Shown here piece after piece: positions 17,201 through 25,959 of a DNA stretch of 39,680 bases; position 1 is the stretch's first letter, and every line of letters begins with the position of its first letter. Below the pieces are notes generated by a model that had not been told where the DNA came from, did not search any database, and saw only the letters and a list, made by a program, of their open reading frames with translations. The DNA is taken from contig DASQPJ010000281.1 of the NCBI GenBank assembly GCA_035644015.1, forward strand, positions 1 through 39,680, read 5' to 3'. This DNA comes from Sporichthyaceae bacterium (GTDB taxonomy: Bacteria > Actinomycetota > Actinomycetes > Sporichthyales > Sporichthyaceae). The position numbers and the translations under genes are program-made.

Positions 17201-18865
17201 GACAGCCCAGCGGGCGAGCGCGAGCCGCTTCTCGGTCGGATCGACAATGCCGAGCCGGCACGGGGGCGCATTGCGTGCGTCCGGCGGCAGACCTGCCGCG
17301 ACCACGGCGGCGTCAGGTGCGGTGAGCATCCGCGCGAGCTCGGCCGGCGAGGATGCCGCCAGGCGCAGCACGCGCTCGGGCTCCTGCACCCGGGCCGCTG
17401 CGCGGGGGGTGGGCCGCGTGCTCGGCGCGATGGGCGCGACCGCCCCGGGGGCCTCCTCCAGCACGACGTGGGCGTTGATGCCACCGAAGCCGAAAGCGTT
17501 CACGCCGGCCCGGCGCGGGCCCTCGCACTCCCACGGCGCGGCCGTGGAGATGGTGCGGAACCGGGTGCCGGCCAGTGCCGGATGCGGTTGGTCGCAGTGC
17601 AGCGTCGGCAGCAGCACCCCATGGTGGATGGCCAACGCTGCCTTGACCAGCGAGGCCACCCCGGCGGCCGGCATGGTGTGCCCGATCATCGATTTCACCG
17701 AGCCGAGCACGGCGCGCTCCCGATCCTCCTCGGGTCCGCCGAACACGTCCTGAAGGGTCGTCAGTTCCGCCGTGTCGCCGACCGGCGTGCCGGTGCCGTG
17801 GGCCTCGAGCAAGCCGACCGAGCCGGGCGCAGCGGGATCCAGACCGGCCGCCGCCCAGGCGGCCCGCACCGCCCGGGTCTGCCCGCCGGGATCGGGGTTG
17901 GCCAGCGCCGCGGTGCGCCCGTCGCTGGCCACACCGGTGCCACGGATCACCGCGTACACGCGATCGCCGTCGCGCTCCGCATCAGCCAACCGCTTGAGGA
18001 CGACGATGCCGGTGCCCTCGCCCATCAGCACACCGTCGGCATCGCGGTGGAACGGCCGGATCCGCTGGCTCACCGACAGCGCGCCCAGCTGGGTGAAGAC
18101 GCTCCACATCGTGATGTCGTGGCAGTGGTGCACGCCGCCGGCCAGTACGACGTCGCAGCGTCCCCGGGTCAACTCCGCGACGGCCGCATCGACCGCCAGC
18201 AGCGAGGAGGCGCAGGCCGCGTCGACCGTGCTGGCCGGACCGCGCAGGTCCAGACGATTCGCGATCCGCGACGCCGCCAGGTTGGGCACGAGCCCGATGG
18301 CGGACTCGGGACGGTCCGGGCCCAGCTGGGCCACGAAAGCGTCGCGGATGGCCCCGAGTTGCTCGGCGCCGAGCTCCGGTGCCAGCTGGCCGAGGGTGCG
18401 CAGCATTTGATGCACGGTGCGCACCCGCTGATCCAGCCGGACCAGACCGGGCGTCAGATAGCCGCCCCGGCCGAGGATCACGCCGACCCGGTCGCGGTCG
18501 GGCAGCCACTCCGGGCCGCCGGCATCGGCGATGGCCGCCTCGGCCACGTGCAGCGCGATCAGCTGATCCGGTTCGATCGCGGACACCGAACTGGGCATGA
18601 TCCCGAATCGAGTGGGCTCCACCACGGCGTGTTCGTCGACGAACCCGCCTCGGCGGCAGTAGATCCGATCCGGCGCGCCCGGCCCCGTGGCGGCGGTCGG
18701 GTCGTAGTAGGCGGGATCCCACCGGTTCTCGGGTACCTCGGCGATGGCGTCGACGCCCGCCACCAGGTTGCGCCAATAGGTACTCAGATCGGGGGCACCG
18801 GGCAGCAGCACGGCCATGCCGACGATGGCGACGCCATCCGGGCGGTCCCGGCCGACGGCGTCCAT
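14291..18865 (-). CDS. type I PKS, KS-AT-DH-PPTase (C-terminal Sfp-type phosphopantetheinyl transferase domain)
   Basis: Track ORF 14291..19624. The real start is ATG 18865 or GTG 18868, overlapping the upstream TGA; the product is 1524 aa.
- KS, about 17456-18832: DAACASS Cys218, EAHGTGT, GHTMPAAG.
- AT, about 16316-17122: FLFPGLEDTF, GHSVGE Ser653, unusual GFHT specificity motif.
- DH, about 15116-15883: LRDH...P, HGPAFQ, LLDNVGQ.
- PPTase, about 14366-14998: GVGIDIE, FWAAKEAVAKA. Confidence 0.92.
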   Translation of the reverse strand: MDAVGRDRPDGVAIVGMAVLLPGAPDLSTYWRNLVAGVDAIAEVPENRWDPAYYDPTAATGPGAPDRIYCRRGGFVDEHAVVEPTRFGIMPSSVSAIEPDQLIALHVAEAAIADAGGPEWLPDRDRVGVILGRGGYLTPGLVRLDQRVRTVHQMLRTLGQLAPELGAEQLGAIRDAFVAQLGPDRPESAIGLVPNLAASRIANRLDLRGPASTVDAACASSLLAVDAAVAELTRGRCDVVLAGGVHHCHDITMWSVFTQLGALSVSQRIRPFHRDADGVLMGEGTGIVVLKRLADAERDGDRVYAVIRGTGVASDGRTAALANPDPGGQTRAVRAAWAAAGLDPAAPGSVGLLEAHGTGTPVGDTAELTTLQDVFGGPEEDRERAVLGSVKSMIGHTMPAAGVASLVKAALAIHHGVLLPTLHCDQPHPALAGTRFRTISTAAPWECEGPRRAGVNAFGFGGINAHVVLEEAPGAVAPIAPSTRPTPRAAARVQEPERVLRLAASSPAELARMLTAPDAAVVAAGLPPDARNAPPCRLGIVDPTEKRLALARWAVERGQAWRGRNEVWFSPEQLLGPGRGRVAFLFPGLEDTFAPQVSDVATHFRLPSPQLFDGADVVGDVGRHMVGVMTVGRLLDSALRRVGIVPDAVAGHSVGEWSAMLAGGLYSQEDIDKFLATYDPDAVQVPGLAFAALGAGADLVLDHLAALAASPAGTRIVLSHDNAPQQTIVCGPEDEVDAFVLALRARGVLGQVLPFRSGFHTPMLEPYLDSIRRSADLFDIHPANVPVWSATTAAEFPADAAAVRTLHTRHLLEPVRFRPMLAAMYTAGFRAFVQVGVGQLTALVADTLREQDHLSTAAGSARRDGLAQLRLAATALWSAGAEVDLAALAPAVRPRAVGVRLDLGGSLLSLDPEQLPALRAGMGARPPAAGRTDLRELAEHFPAVAEFEALMGEAERSALELLMAGRDAVIRRAIPPRVTQPALPVRPEPPVPSNRALTVSLDAMPYLRDHCFFSQRPGWPDASDRFPVIPATTIIEHLADAARASNPGQVVVALHDLRFERWVPVIPESSVEIGLEPTGDGRLAATFGSCARGNLELAVAYPPQPDPWPIDAAEQSPPLTASQMYARRWMFHGPAFQAVSALSAIGPAHIRGVITAPAAPGALLDNVGQILGCWIMARGVDRTLVFPIGMRAIRFHGPAPMPGVEVSCHIRIVECSEATLAADVQLCVPGPGGRDVVWAEVSGWRDRRFDSDAASLAVERCVEHNAHGALQPGDWVLMVDHCDDLATRDIVMRRYLSAAERELAERQPPRRRRGWALGRVAVKDAVRHLLWADGEGPLWPAEIFVGNDESGKPRVSGMHGRVLPDLEVSVAHCADTAVAVARPAAGFGVGIDIEQVSERPPGTVEFALGPAEREVLAACLATGGSPELWFTRFWAAKEAVAKARGTGLQGRPREFAVVAAEERQISVAVTDEGSESPLIYRVDISCITNRPGLPPRTYVVALAADGPMLPELSPGHYRERTVPA

Positions 18866-21800
18866 CACCAGCCCGACGCGGTGTAGACCACCGACCGCAG
18901 CGACTCGGGTCCCCAGGCGAGCTCGCGCAGCAGGGCGCCCGTGCCGGCCTCGGCATCGATCAGTCGGATCCCGCGGCGTGCGTAGTCCCGGGCCAGGTCC
19001 TCCGACACCATGCCCCCGTGGATTCCGTGGGGTGCCCACGGGCCCCAGTGCACGGTCAGACACCGGCCCCCGGTACGCCGCGACCAGCGCGCGCCGAGGG
19101 ACTCCAGGGCGTCGTTGGCCGCGGCGTAGTCGACCTGACCACGGTTGCCCAACGCGGCGGCGATGCTGCCGAACAGGACGGTGAACCGCGGGCCATCGGG
19201 CAGCTCGCCCAACGTGTCCAGGAGGGCGCGCGCTCCATCCGCCTTGGTGGCGAATACCCGCGCGAAGGAGCGCGCGTCCTTCTCGGCGAACATCTTGTCC
19301 TCGATGACGCCCGCCGCGAACACCACGCCGTCCAGCCGCCCGTACGTGGCGTGGACTTCCTTGGCCGCCCGGCTCAGCGCCGTCGGATCCGCGGCGTCCA
19401 CCGCGCGGTAGTGCGCCGCCGAACCCAGCGCGGTCAACTCGGTGAGAGTCGCGGTCACCTCCCGCGCAGCCAACAGGGCACCTGCGGCCGCGTCGACCTG
19501 CGCCATGGGGATGCCCTGGCGGGCGAGCACGGCACGCAATTGGGCCCGGTCCCGCGCCACGGCCGTGGCCGGGTCCTCCGGCTCGGTGGGCAACGTGGTG
19601 CGGCCCAGCAACTCCAGCCGGCACCCGGACGTGGCGGCGAGCGTCGCGGCGAAACGGGCGGTGATGCCCCGGGCACCACCGACCAGCAGCACGACGGCGT
19701 CCCGATCCAGGCCCAACGCCGCGGCCTCCGACGCGCCCTCACCGGCCGGTCCGGCGCCGGTATTCGCCAGCACGCCGAGAGCGGATTCCACCAGGGTCGG
19801 AGCGCGGCGGCCCGTGGCGCCCCACAACACCACGGGCTCGCGGCCCCCGGCCAGGAGCTCCTCCACCAACACCCGGCCGACGTTCTCCCCCGTGGCGTCC
19901 TCGATCTCGATCAGCCGTACGAGCATGTCCGGGTATTCACGGGCCAGGCTGCGGATCGCCCCGCGCAGACCGTCGGCGCGCCCCGACTCGGCGCCCGGGA
20001 AGTCCGCGGCCGGCCGGACCGTGAGCAGCAGACGTGGACGAGCGCGCAACGCGGCCTGGAGGGCGGGAACGCAGGTCGGCAGAACATCCGGGCCCTCCTC
20101 ACAGAGCGGGTCGAGCAGCAGCACACCGTCGATCGCACCGTCCGCCGCGCAGGCCTCGTGGGTTGCTTCACGCAGCAGCGCCTCGGCGCCATGCCCGCTC
20201 AACCGGGCGGCGACCTCAGCCGCGACGACACCCCCGCCCAGTACCAGGAACCGCGTCCCGGCAAGGGTTTCGGCCCCGGCACCTCCGGCGGGCAGCAGCG
20301 TCTCGACGTGCACCAGGCGGACCGGCGGGTGCCCGGTGATGGCCTGTTGCGCAACCGGCGCCGGTTCGGCGGACGGGCCGAGCAGTCGAGCGGCGAGCAA
20401 ATCGCTGAGCGCCAGGGCGGTGCGGGCCCGGGACAGCTCCTCGAGCTCGGCATCGCTGAGCGAATCCAGACCCGCCTGCCCACCGGTGGCGAGACGCTGG
20501 GCCAGCAGGCCCACGATCTCGGTGCGTTTGATGGAGTCGATCGACAGATCGCTCTCCAGGTCGAGGTCGGGCTCGATCATCTCGGGGGGATAGCCGGTGC
20601 GTTCCGCCACGATCTCGATGACGATGCGCAGCACCCCGTCGTGGTCGAGCGTCTCGACGGTCGGCGACTCGAGGGTCGGGGCGATGGCCGACGCCGCGAC
20701 GGAGGCCGGCGACCTGACGGGTGTGGGCGCCGCCAGTGCCGGGCCGGGCAGCGGAGCCGGGGAGGGCCGCGGGACGAACGATCCGTCAGAACCTAGATGG
20801 GCCAACAGAACGTCACGCTGCGCAGCCAACATCTCCCGGCCCGCGCGCAGGAAGTCCGCGATCAACGCATCCGTCGCGGCTTGGAACGAGTACCCATCAG
20901 CCGGCGTTGCCACCAACGGCTCTTTGATCGTGTGGGTCGGCGCCAGCGCACCGGGCAAGTAGTTACCGTCGGCGGTACGGACGAGGTGCCCGTCCACGGT
21001 CCAACCGGGGCAACGCGGGGCCGGCGCCGCAATGGCGTCGAGGGCATCGCGTCCACGCAACAGCCGTCCCGGGTCGACCTCGACGCCGCATACGGCCAGT
21101 GCGGCCAGCGCATCGAGAAAACCGGCGATGCCATCCCGCCGGTCCTCCAGTGCAATGGCCCGGTGGGGTCGGTCGCCGAGCACGGCCGATACGCAGCGGG
21201 TGAGTACCGCACCGGGCCCCGCCTCGACGAACACCCGGGCGCCCGCCGCATACATGGCCTCGATCTGGTCCACGAATCGCACCGGCGACACGAGCTGCGC
21301 CGCGAGCTCGGTCCGAATGTGGGCGGGGTCCGCCGGGTAAACCGCGGCGGTGCGGTTGGCGAACACGGGCAGTTCCGGGGAGCGGATCTCCCGGGTGGCC
21401 AGCACCTGCGCGAACAAGGAGCCCGCGTCGGCCACGACGGGGCTGTGGAACGCGCACGCGACCGGGATCCGCTTGACCGAGAAGCCGGCCGCGGCCAGCT
21501 CCCCGATCGCCCGCTCGATCTCGTCCGTGCCACCGGAGATCACCGTTTGCCGTGGGGCATTGAGATTGGCCGCGACCACGTGCCCGCACAGCCCGGCGGC
21601 GGCCAGCACGGCCTCGACCTCGGTGGCACCGGCGATCACCGCGGCCATGGCGCCGGGGTCGGCGCCCTCGCCGATCGCCTCGAGGATCACCCGGCCGCGT
21701 TCGTGGCTGAGCAACGGGAGGTGCTCGGCCGCCAGCACGCCGGCCGCACACAGCGCGACCAGTTCGCCGTAGCTGTGCCCGCCGACCAGATCGGGATACA

Positions 21801-24800
21801 CGCCGGCCATGGCCAGCAGGTCGGCAGCGGCCAGGCCGACCATGCCCAGGACCGGTTGCGCAATCCGGGTATCCACCAGTCGCGCCCGCGCCGTCGCGGC
21901 GGCCTCCGGCGTGAACGTCGCCGCCGGGAACAGTACCTCGGCGTACTCCGCACCCCACTGCAGGTGGCGCTGCAGCGGGGGGAAAGCCGCGAACAACTCG
22001 GCGAACATCCCGACCCGCTGACTGCCCTGTCCGGGGAACAGAAATGCTACCCGCGGCGACTCTGACTTATCGTCAGCCAGTTCACCGGTCGGTTCAGCAC
22101 TGGCGAGGTGCAGTCCCGCTGACGGTGTGGGCTCGCCCGCCAGCGCGCGGCGGAGCAGCACGATGAGTTCCGCGAGGTCCGTGGCGACGATCGCGATCTG
22201 GACCGGGCCGTGCCCGGATTCGGCCCGATGGGCCGCCGCCAACGCGAGGTCGCGCAGGCGCCAGGGATTGGGCTCGAGTTCGGCCAGGCGCAGCACTTCG
22301 GTCACGCCGGCTTGAGCCCGGGCGGAGTCCGCGCCGCGGAACAGGAACAACTCCGCGGGCCAAAGGTGGCGTCCGTGTACCGGGGCCGGGCTCTGGTGGG
22401 CCCGCAGCACGGCATGGAAGTTGGTACCGCCGAAGCCGAACGAGCTGACCCCGGCGACGCGTTGCGCGGCCGGCGCCGCCCACGGACGGGCCTCGGTGTG
22501 GAAAGCGAATGGACTGGTCGCCGCCTCCCAGGCGGGGTTCGGCCGGGTGAGGTGCAGCGTCGGCGGCTTGACGCCGGTGTGCAACGCCAGCGCCGCCTTG
22601 ATCGTCCCGGCCAGGCCGGCGGCACACTTGGTGTGGCCGATCTGCGATTTGACCGACCCGAGCGTGCAACTGCCCGGTGCCGCTCCCCCTTCGGTGAACA
22701 CCTCGGTCAGCGTGGTGAGTTCCGTGCGGTCGCCCACCACGGTGCCGGTGCCGTGCGCCTCGACCAATCCGACGTCCCCTGGCCCGATGCCGGCGCTGCG
22801 ATACGCGCGTTCCATCGCCGCCCGTTGGCCCTCGGGGCGGGGCGCGGTCAGACCCAGTGACCGTCCATCACTTGCACTGCCGACCCCGGCCACCACCGCG
22901 TAGATGCGGTCGCCGTCGCGTTCCGCGTCCGCGAGGCGCTTGAGCACCAGGCACGCCGCACCCTCCCCGAGCGCGATGCCGTCGGCTCCGGAGTCAAACG
23001 GCCGAGAGCGTCCGGTGGGCGACAGCGCCTGCACGGAGGCGAAGAGCAGATAATCGGTGATCCCGTTGTGCATGTCGGCACCGCCACACAGCACCATGTC
23101 CGCGGTCCCCGCGACGAGCTGGCTGCAGGCCACGTCCAGCGCCGCCAGCGACGAGGCGCAGGCCGCGTCCACGGTGAAGTTCGACCCGCCGAGGTCGAGC
23201 CGGTTGGCGATCCGTCCGGCGATGACGTTGGACAGCGTGCCGGGGAACGTGTCCTCGGTGACGGTCGGCAACTGCGCCGCGATCCCGTCCGGAATGCCAC
23301 CGAGGTAGCCGGGCAGCAGCGCTCCCACCATTCCCGCGCCGGACAGGTCGCTGCCCGCTTCGGCACCGAAGATCACGCTGGCGCGGGACCGGTCGAACGG
23401 ACGTCCCGCGGCGCCGGCACCCGGCTGACCCAGTGGGTCATAACCGGCGTCGAGCAGAGCCCGGCGGGCGACCTCGAGGGAGAGCAATTGGACCGGCTCG
23501 ATACTGCCGAGTGCGGTCGGCGGTATCCCGTAGCTCAGCGCGTCGAAGGGCACGGGTGAGATGAATCCGCCCCACTTGGACGGGGTGGTGCCCGAAGCCC
23601 CGTCCGCGGACCAGTAGATCGCCGGGTCCCAGCGTTCGGTCGGCACCTCGGTGACCGCGTCGACACCGGCGACGATGTTGGCCCAGTACGAGGCCAGATC
23701 CGGCGATTGCGGGAAGACGCAGGCCATGCCGACCACGGCAATGTCCAGCGGGGGCGCCGGTGCGTCTTCGGCGGCCGTCGCCTCGATAATCTGACGCCAC
23801 TTCAGTCCACGCTTGGCAAGGAGTTCGGCGGCACCCACGCTGACCGCGCCGTGCAGGTCGGCGATCGTGGTGATGTCGTCACGCAGGACCGCTACCTGAC
23901 CGGCCATGAACATGCCGCGGGCGAGCTGCCCGTCCTCGTCGATCTCCACCAGTTCGTCACCGACGCGCTCCAAACCCTTGCTGGCGATGCGCAGCCGCCC
24001 GACGTTGAGGTGCTCCAATCGCTCCCAGATCTCCCGCTCGGCGACCCCGGCGGCCCGCAATTCCTCGCGCAACCCCTCGAACTCGGCGGTGAACCCACTG
24101 TGCAGACACCGGGTGACGTGACCGGGCGCCGTCTGCAGCAGCGCAGTCCCCCGCGCGCGCAGCACCTGCCGCTGGAACTCCGGGAGCACCGCGCCGCAGG
24201 ACACCGCCTCAGCGCTGAACAGATAGGCGGTGCCCATCAGGCAGCCCGCCAACAGGCCGCCGGCCCCCGCCGCGGGTGGCGCCAACGGTGCGGCCATCGC
24301 GGCGACCAGCGCGGCCGACCGCTCGTCGTGAATGCCCCCGGCAAACAGCACCTCAACCCGCTCCGTGCCCTTCGCGGCGGCGAGGAAGTCCTCCAGGACG
24401 GCCAGTTGCGCCTCCCACAGGGCGAAGCTGTGCCGCGGCCCGATGTGCCCGCCGCATTCGGCGCCCTCGAAGATGAAGCGACGCGCCCCGTCGGCGAGGA
24501 ACTGTTGCAGCAGCCCCGGCGAGGGGACGTGTAAGAACGTGGTGATCCCGGCGTCCTCGAGTGCGCGAGCCTGTGACGGGCGACCGCCGGCGATAATCGC
24601 GTGCGTCGGGCGGGCGGTGAGCACCTCGGCGAGTTGCGCGGACCGCACTTCCTCCGGCGCGAAGCCGAGCACCCCGACACCCCAGGGCGCGTCACCGAGT
24701 TCGGCCGCCGTCTGGGCGAGCATCGCGCGGGTCTGTTCCGGCCCGGCCAGGGCCAGCGCGATGAACGGGAGCGCTCCCCCGGCGGCCACTGCGGCGGCGA

Positions 24801-25743
24801 AGCGCGGCTGATCACTGACCCTGGTCATGGGTCCCTGCGCCAGCGGCAGTCCGGTGCGCAGCACCTGGCACAACGGTGCGTCCGGGCCGAGCCAAGCGGT
24901 CGGCGCGCCCGGAACCGCCGCTGCCTCCATCAGGTCCGAGATCGACTCGTGCAGGGCGTGCACTGCGCGCTGCGCGGTGCCCCACCGGTTGGCGAAGATC
25001 GTGGCCAGCGAGCCGTCCTGGCCCACCGGCACTTCGATGCCCGCACCGCCACGACCACTGCGGCCGCGCAACACCCGTCGACCGTCGACCACCACTGTTT
25101 CCGAGCCGTCCATCCGGCGGATCAGGGCGGCGACCTCACCGGGGATCGATGACTCGGCAAGCAACGCGAGCTGGCTGTCGAGCACGACGCCGGCGGCGCC
25201 GACGGCCACCGCGGCAGCAGCGGTGCGCGGGCCGATGCCACCCGCGGCCCAAACCGGGACGGTGATCTGCGGTGCGTCCAGCAATTGCTGCAGCAGCACG
25301 AATGTGCCCAGCTCACCGACGCGTCCGCCGCTATCGGCACCCCGGGCGATGACGCCGTCGGCACCTGCCCCGACGGCGTCAACCGCCTCGGCCAGGTCGG
25401 TGACCTCGACCAGCACACGGTGCGCCCCGCGCAGGCGCCCGGCATCCCAACCGGGCACCTGCGCGGTGGCCAGCACGATGGTGTCGGGAGGTGCCCCCGC
25501 ACCGGCGGACAGATCGGCCGGGGTCAGCGAACAGCCGGGCGCGACCCGTACGCCGTAGGGACCACGGACCTCCGCAGCCAGGCGGGTCAGCGCCTCGCGC
25601 GCGGAGCGGTCCCCGGATCCCAGGTCCAGCACGCCCAGTGCGCCCGCGGCGCACAGCGCCGCGGCCAGGCCCGGATCCGGCGCGGCGAACGGTGTAATGC
25701 CGATGACGGTCTCGGCCCGGGCCCTCCGTAATTGCATGCCCAT
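18865..25743 (-). CDS. type I PKS, NMO-like / PfaD-like ER - KS - AT - ACP - KR
   Basis: 2292 aa; the second ATG at 25737 has better SD spacing.
- NMO-like domain 1, about 25099-25710: GADSGGRVG where EAGGH is expected.
- PfaD-like FMN enoyl reductase, about 23824-24855: LAQGPMTRVS, FEGAECGGHIG.
- KS, about 22396-23745: DAACASS Cys862, EAHGTGT, GHTKCAAG, PUFA/HglE-like VPxERWDP start.
- AT, about 21154-22050: FLFPGQGSQ, GHSYGE, AFHS.
- ACP, about 20389-20655: LESDLSIDSIK.
- KR, about 18889-20256: GGARGITA, catalytic Tyr in GQVDYAAAN. Confidence 0.93.
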   Translation of the reverse strand: MGMQLRRARAETVIGITPFAAPDPGLAAALCAAGALGVLDLGSGDRSAREALTRLAAEVRGPYGVRVAPGCSLTPADLSAGAGAPPDTIVLATAQVPGWDAGRLRGAHRVLVEVTDLAEAVDAVGAGADGVIARGADSGGRVGELGTFVLLQQLLDAPQITVPVWAAGGIGPRTAAAAVAVGAAGVVLDSQLALLAESSIPGEVAALIRRMDGSETVVVDGRRVLRGRSGRGGAGIEVPVGQDGSLATIFANRWGTAQRAVHALHESISDLMEAAAVPGAPTAWLGPDAPLCQVLRTGLPLAQGPMTRVSDQPRFAAAVAAGGALPFIALALAGPEQTRAMLAQTAAELGDAPWGVGVLGFAPEEVRSAQLAEVLTARPTHAIIAGGRPSQARALEDAGITTFLHVPSPGLLQQFLADGARRFIFEGAECGGHIGPRHSFALWEAQLAVLEDFLAAAKGTERVEVLFAGGIHDERSAALVAAMAAPLAPPAAGAGGLLAGCLMGTAYLFSAEAVSCGAVLPEFQRQVLRARGTALLQTAPGHVTRCLHSGFTAEFEGLREELRAAGVAEREIWERLEHLNVGRLRIASKGLERVGDELVEIDEDGQLARGMFMAGQVAVLRDDITTIADLHGAVSVGAAELLAKRGLKWRQIIEATAAEDAPAPPLDIAVVGMACVFPQSPDLASYWANIVAGVDAVTEVPTERWDPAIYWSADGASGTTPSKWGGFISPVPFDALSYGIPPTALGSIEPVQLLSLEVARRALLDAGYDPLGQPGAGAAGRPFDRSRASVIFGAEAGSDLSGAGMVGALLPGYLGGIPDGIAAQLPTVTEDTFPGTLSNVIAGRIANRLDLGGSNFTVDAACASSLAALDVACSQLVAGTADMVLCGGADMHNGITDYLLFASVQALSPTGRSRPFDSGADGIALGEGAACLVLKRLADAERDGDRIYAVVAGVGSASDGRSLGLTAPRPEGQRAAMERAYRSAGIGPGDVGLVEAHGTGTVVGDRTELTTLTEVFTEGGAAPGSCTLGSVKSQIGHTKCAAGLAGTIKAALALHTGVKPPTLHLTRPNPAWEAATSPFAFHTEARPWAAPAAQRVAGVSSFGFGGTNFHAVLRAHQSPAPVHGRHLWPAELFLFRGADSARAQAGVTEVLRLAELEPNPWRLRDLALAAAHRAESGHGPVQIAIVATDLAELIVLLRRALAGEPTPSAGLHLASAEPTGELADDKSESPRVAFLFPGQGSQRVGMFAELFAAFPPLQRHLQWGAEYAEVLFPAATFTPEAAATARARLVDTRIAQPVLGMVGLAAADLLAMAGVYPDLVGGHSYGELVALCAAGVLAAEHLPLLSHERGRVILEAIGEGADPGAMAAVIAGATEVEAVLAAAGLCGHVVAANLNAPRQTVISGGTDEIERAIGELAAAGFSVKRIPVACAFHSPVVADAGSLFAQVLATREIRSPELPVFANRTAAVYPADPAHIRTELAAQLVSPVRFVDQIEAMYAAGARVFVEAGPGAVLTRCVSAVLGDRPHRAIALEDRRDGIAGFLDALAALAVCGVEVDPGRLLRGRDALDAIAAPAPRCPGWTVDGHLVRTADGNYLPGALAPTHTIKEPLVATPADGYSFQAATDALIADFLRAGREMLAAQRDVLLAHLGSDGSFVPRPSPAPLPGPALAAPTPVRSPASVAASAIAPTLESPTVETLDHDGVLRIVIEIVAERTGYPPEMIEPDLDLESDLSIDSIKRTEIVGLLAQRLATGGQAGLDSLSDAELEELSRARTALALSDLLAARLLGPSAEPAPVAQQAITGHPPVRLVHVETLLPAGGAGAETLAGTRFLVLGGGVVAAEVAARLSGHGAEALLREATHEACAADGAIDGVLLLDPLCEEGPDVLPTCVPALQAALRARPRLLLTVRPAADFPGAESGRADGLRGAIRSLAREYPDMLVRLIEIEDATGENVGRVLVEELLAGGREPVVLWGATGRRAPTLVESALGVLANTGAGPAGEGASEAAALGLDRDAVVLLVGGARGITARFAATLAATSGCRLELLGRTTLPTEPEDPATAVARDRAQLRAVLARQGIPMAQVDAAAGALLAAREVTATLTELTALGSAAHYRAVDAADPTALSRAAKEVHATYGRLDGVVFAAGVIEDKMFAEKDARSFARVFATKADGARALLDTLGELPDGPRFTVLFGSIAAALGNRGQVDYAAANDALESLGARWSRRTGGRCLTVHWGPWAPHGIHGGMVSEDLARDYARRGIRLIDAEAGTGALLRELAWGPESLRSVVYTASGW

Positions 25744-25916
25744 CCCCTTGCGGTGCCAGTGCGAGCGGCATCAACCGCCGGACATGGAGGGGCCCTTGGT
25801 GGCGGAGCCCTCGCGTCGGAGGTCGATGAAGCGCCGGGTGGGCGCGACCGTCGGCAGATATTGGTCGGTTGTTCATCAAGGTCATTTCCGCGCGTCACGA
25901 AAACGCATCGCTTTTT

Positions 25917-25959
25917 CGCGGAAAAATGGCGGGCGAATCGAGGTTTGCCCTCGCCATTT
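25917..25959 (-). terminator. intrinsic-terminator-like hairpin plus U-run on the minus strand, inside the leader region of the PKS operon
   Basis: The minus strand reads AAATGGCGAGGGC-AAACCTCGATTC-GCCCGCCATTTTTCC. This is a GC-rich imperfect stem (7 + 4 bp with a 2-nt bulge), a 12-nt loop, then TTTTT. It lies ~175 nt upstream of the PKS start codon and in the same orientation. Confidence 0.3.

Noticed and set aside
14457-25731. Numerous plus-strand ORFs (for example 17057..18886, 19018..20796, 20797..22065) and nested minus-strand ORFs inside the two PKS genes
   Set aside because: These are shadow or alternative-frame ORFs within continuous, motif-rich PKS reading frames.
14291-25743. Enediyne biosynthetic cluster, suggested by the PKSE-like C-terminal PPTase
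   Set aside because: The domain set is split over two proteins and includes a PfaD-type ER. None of the conserved enediyne accessory genes (PKSE-associated thioesterase, the UNBL/UNBV/UNBU-type genes) is visible in the window.
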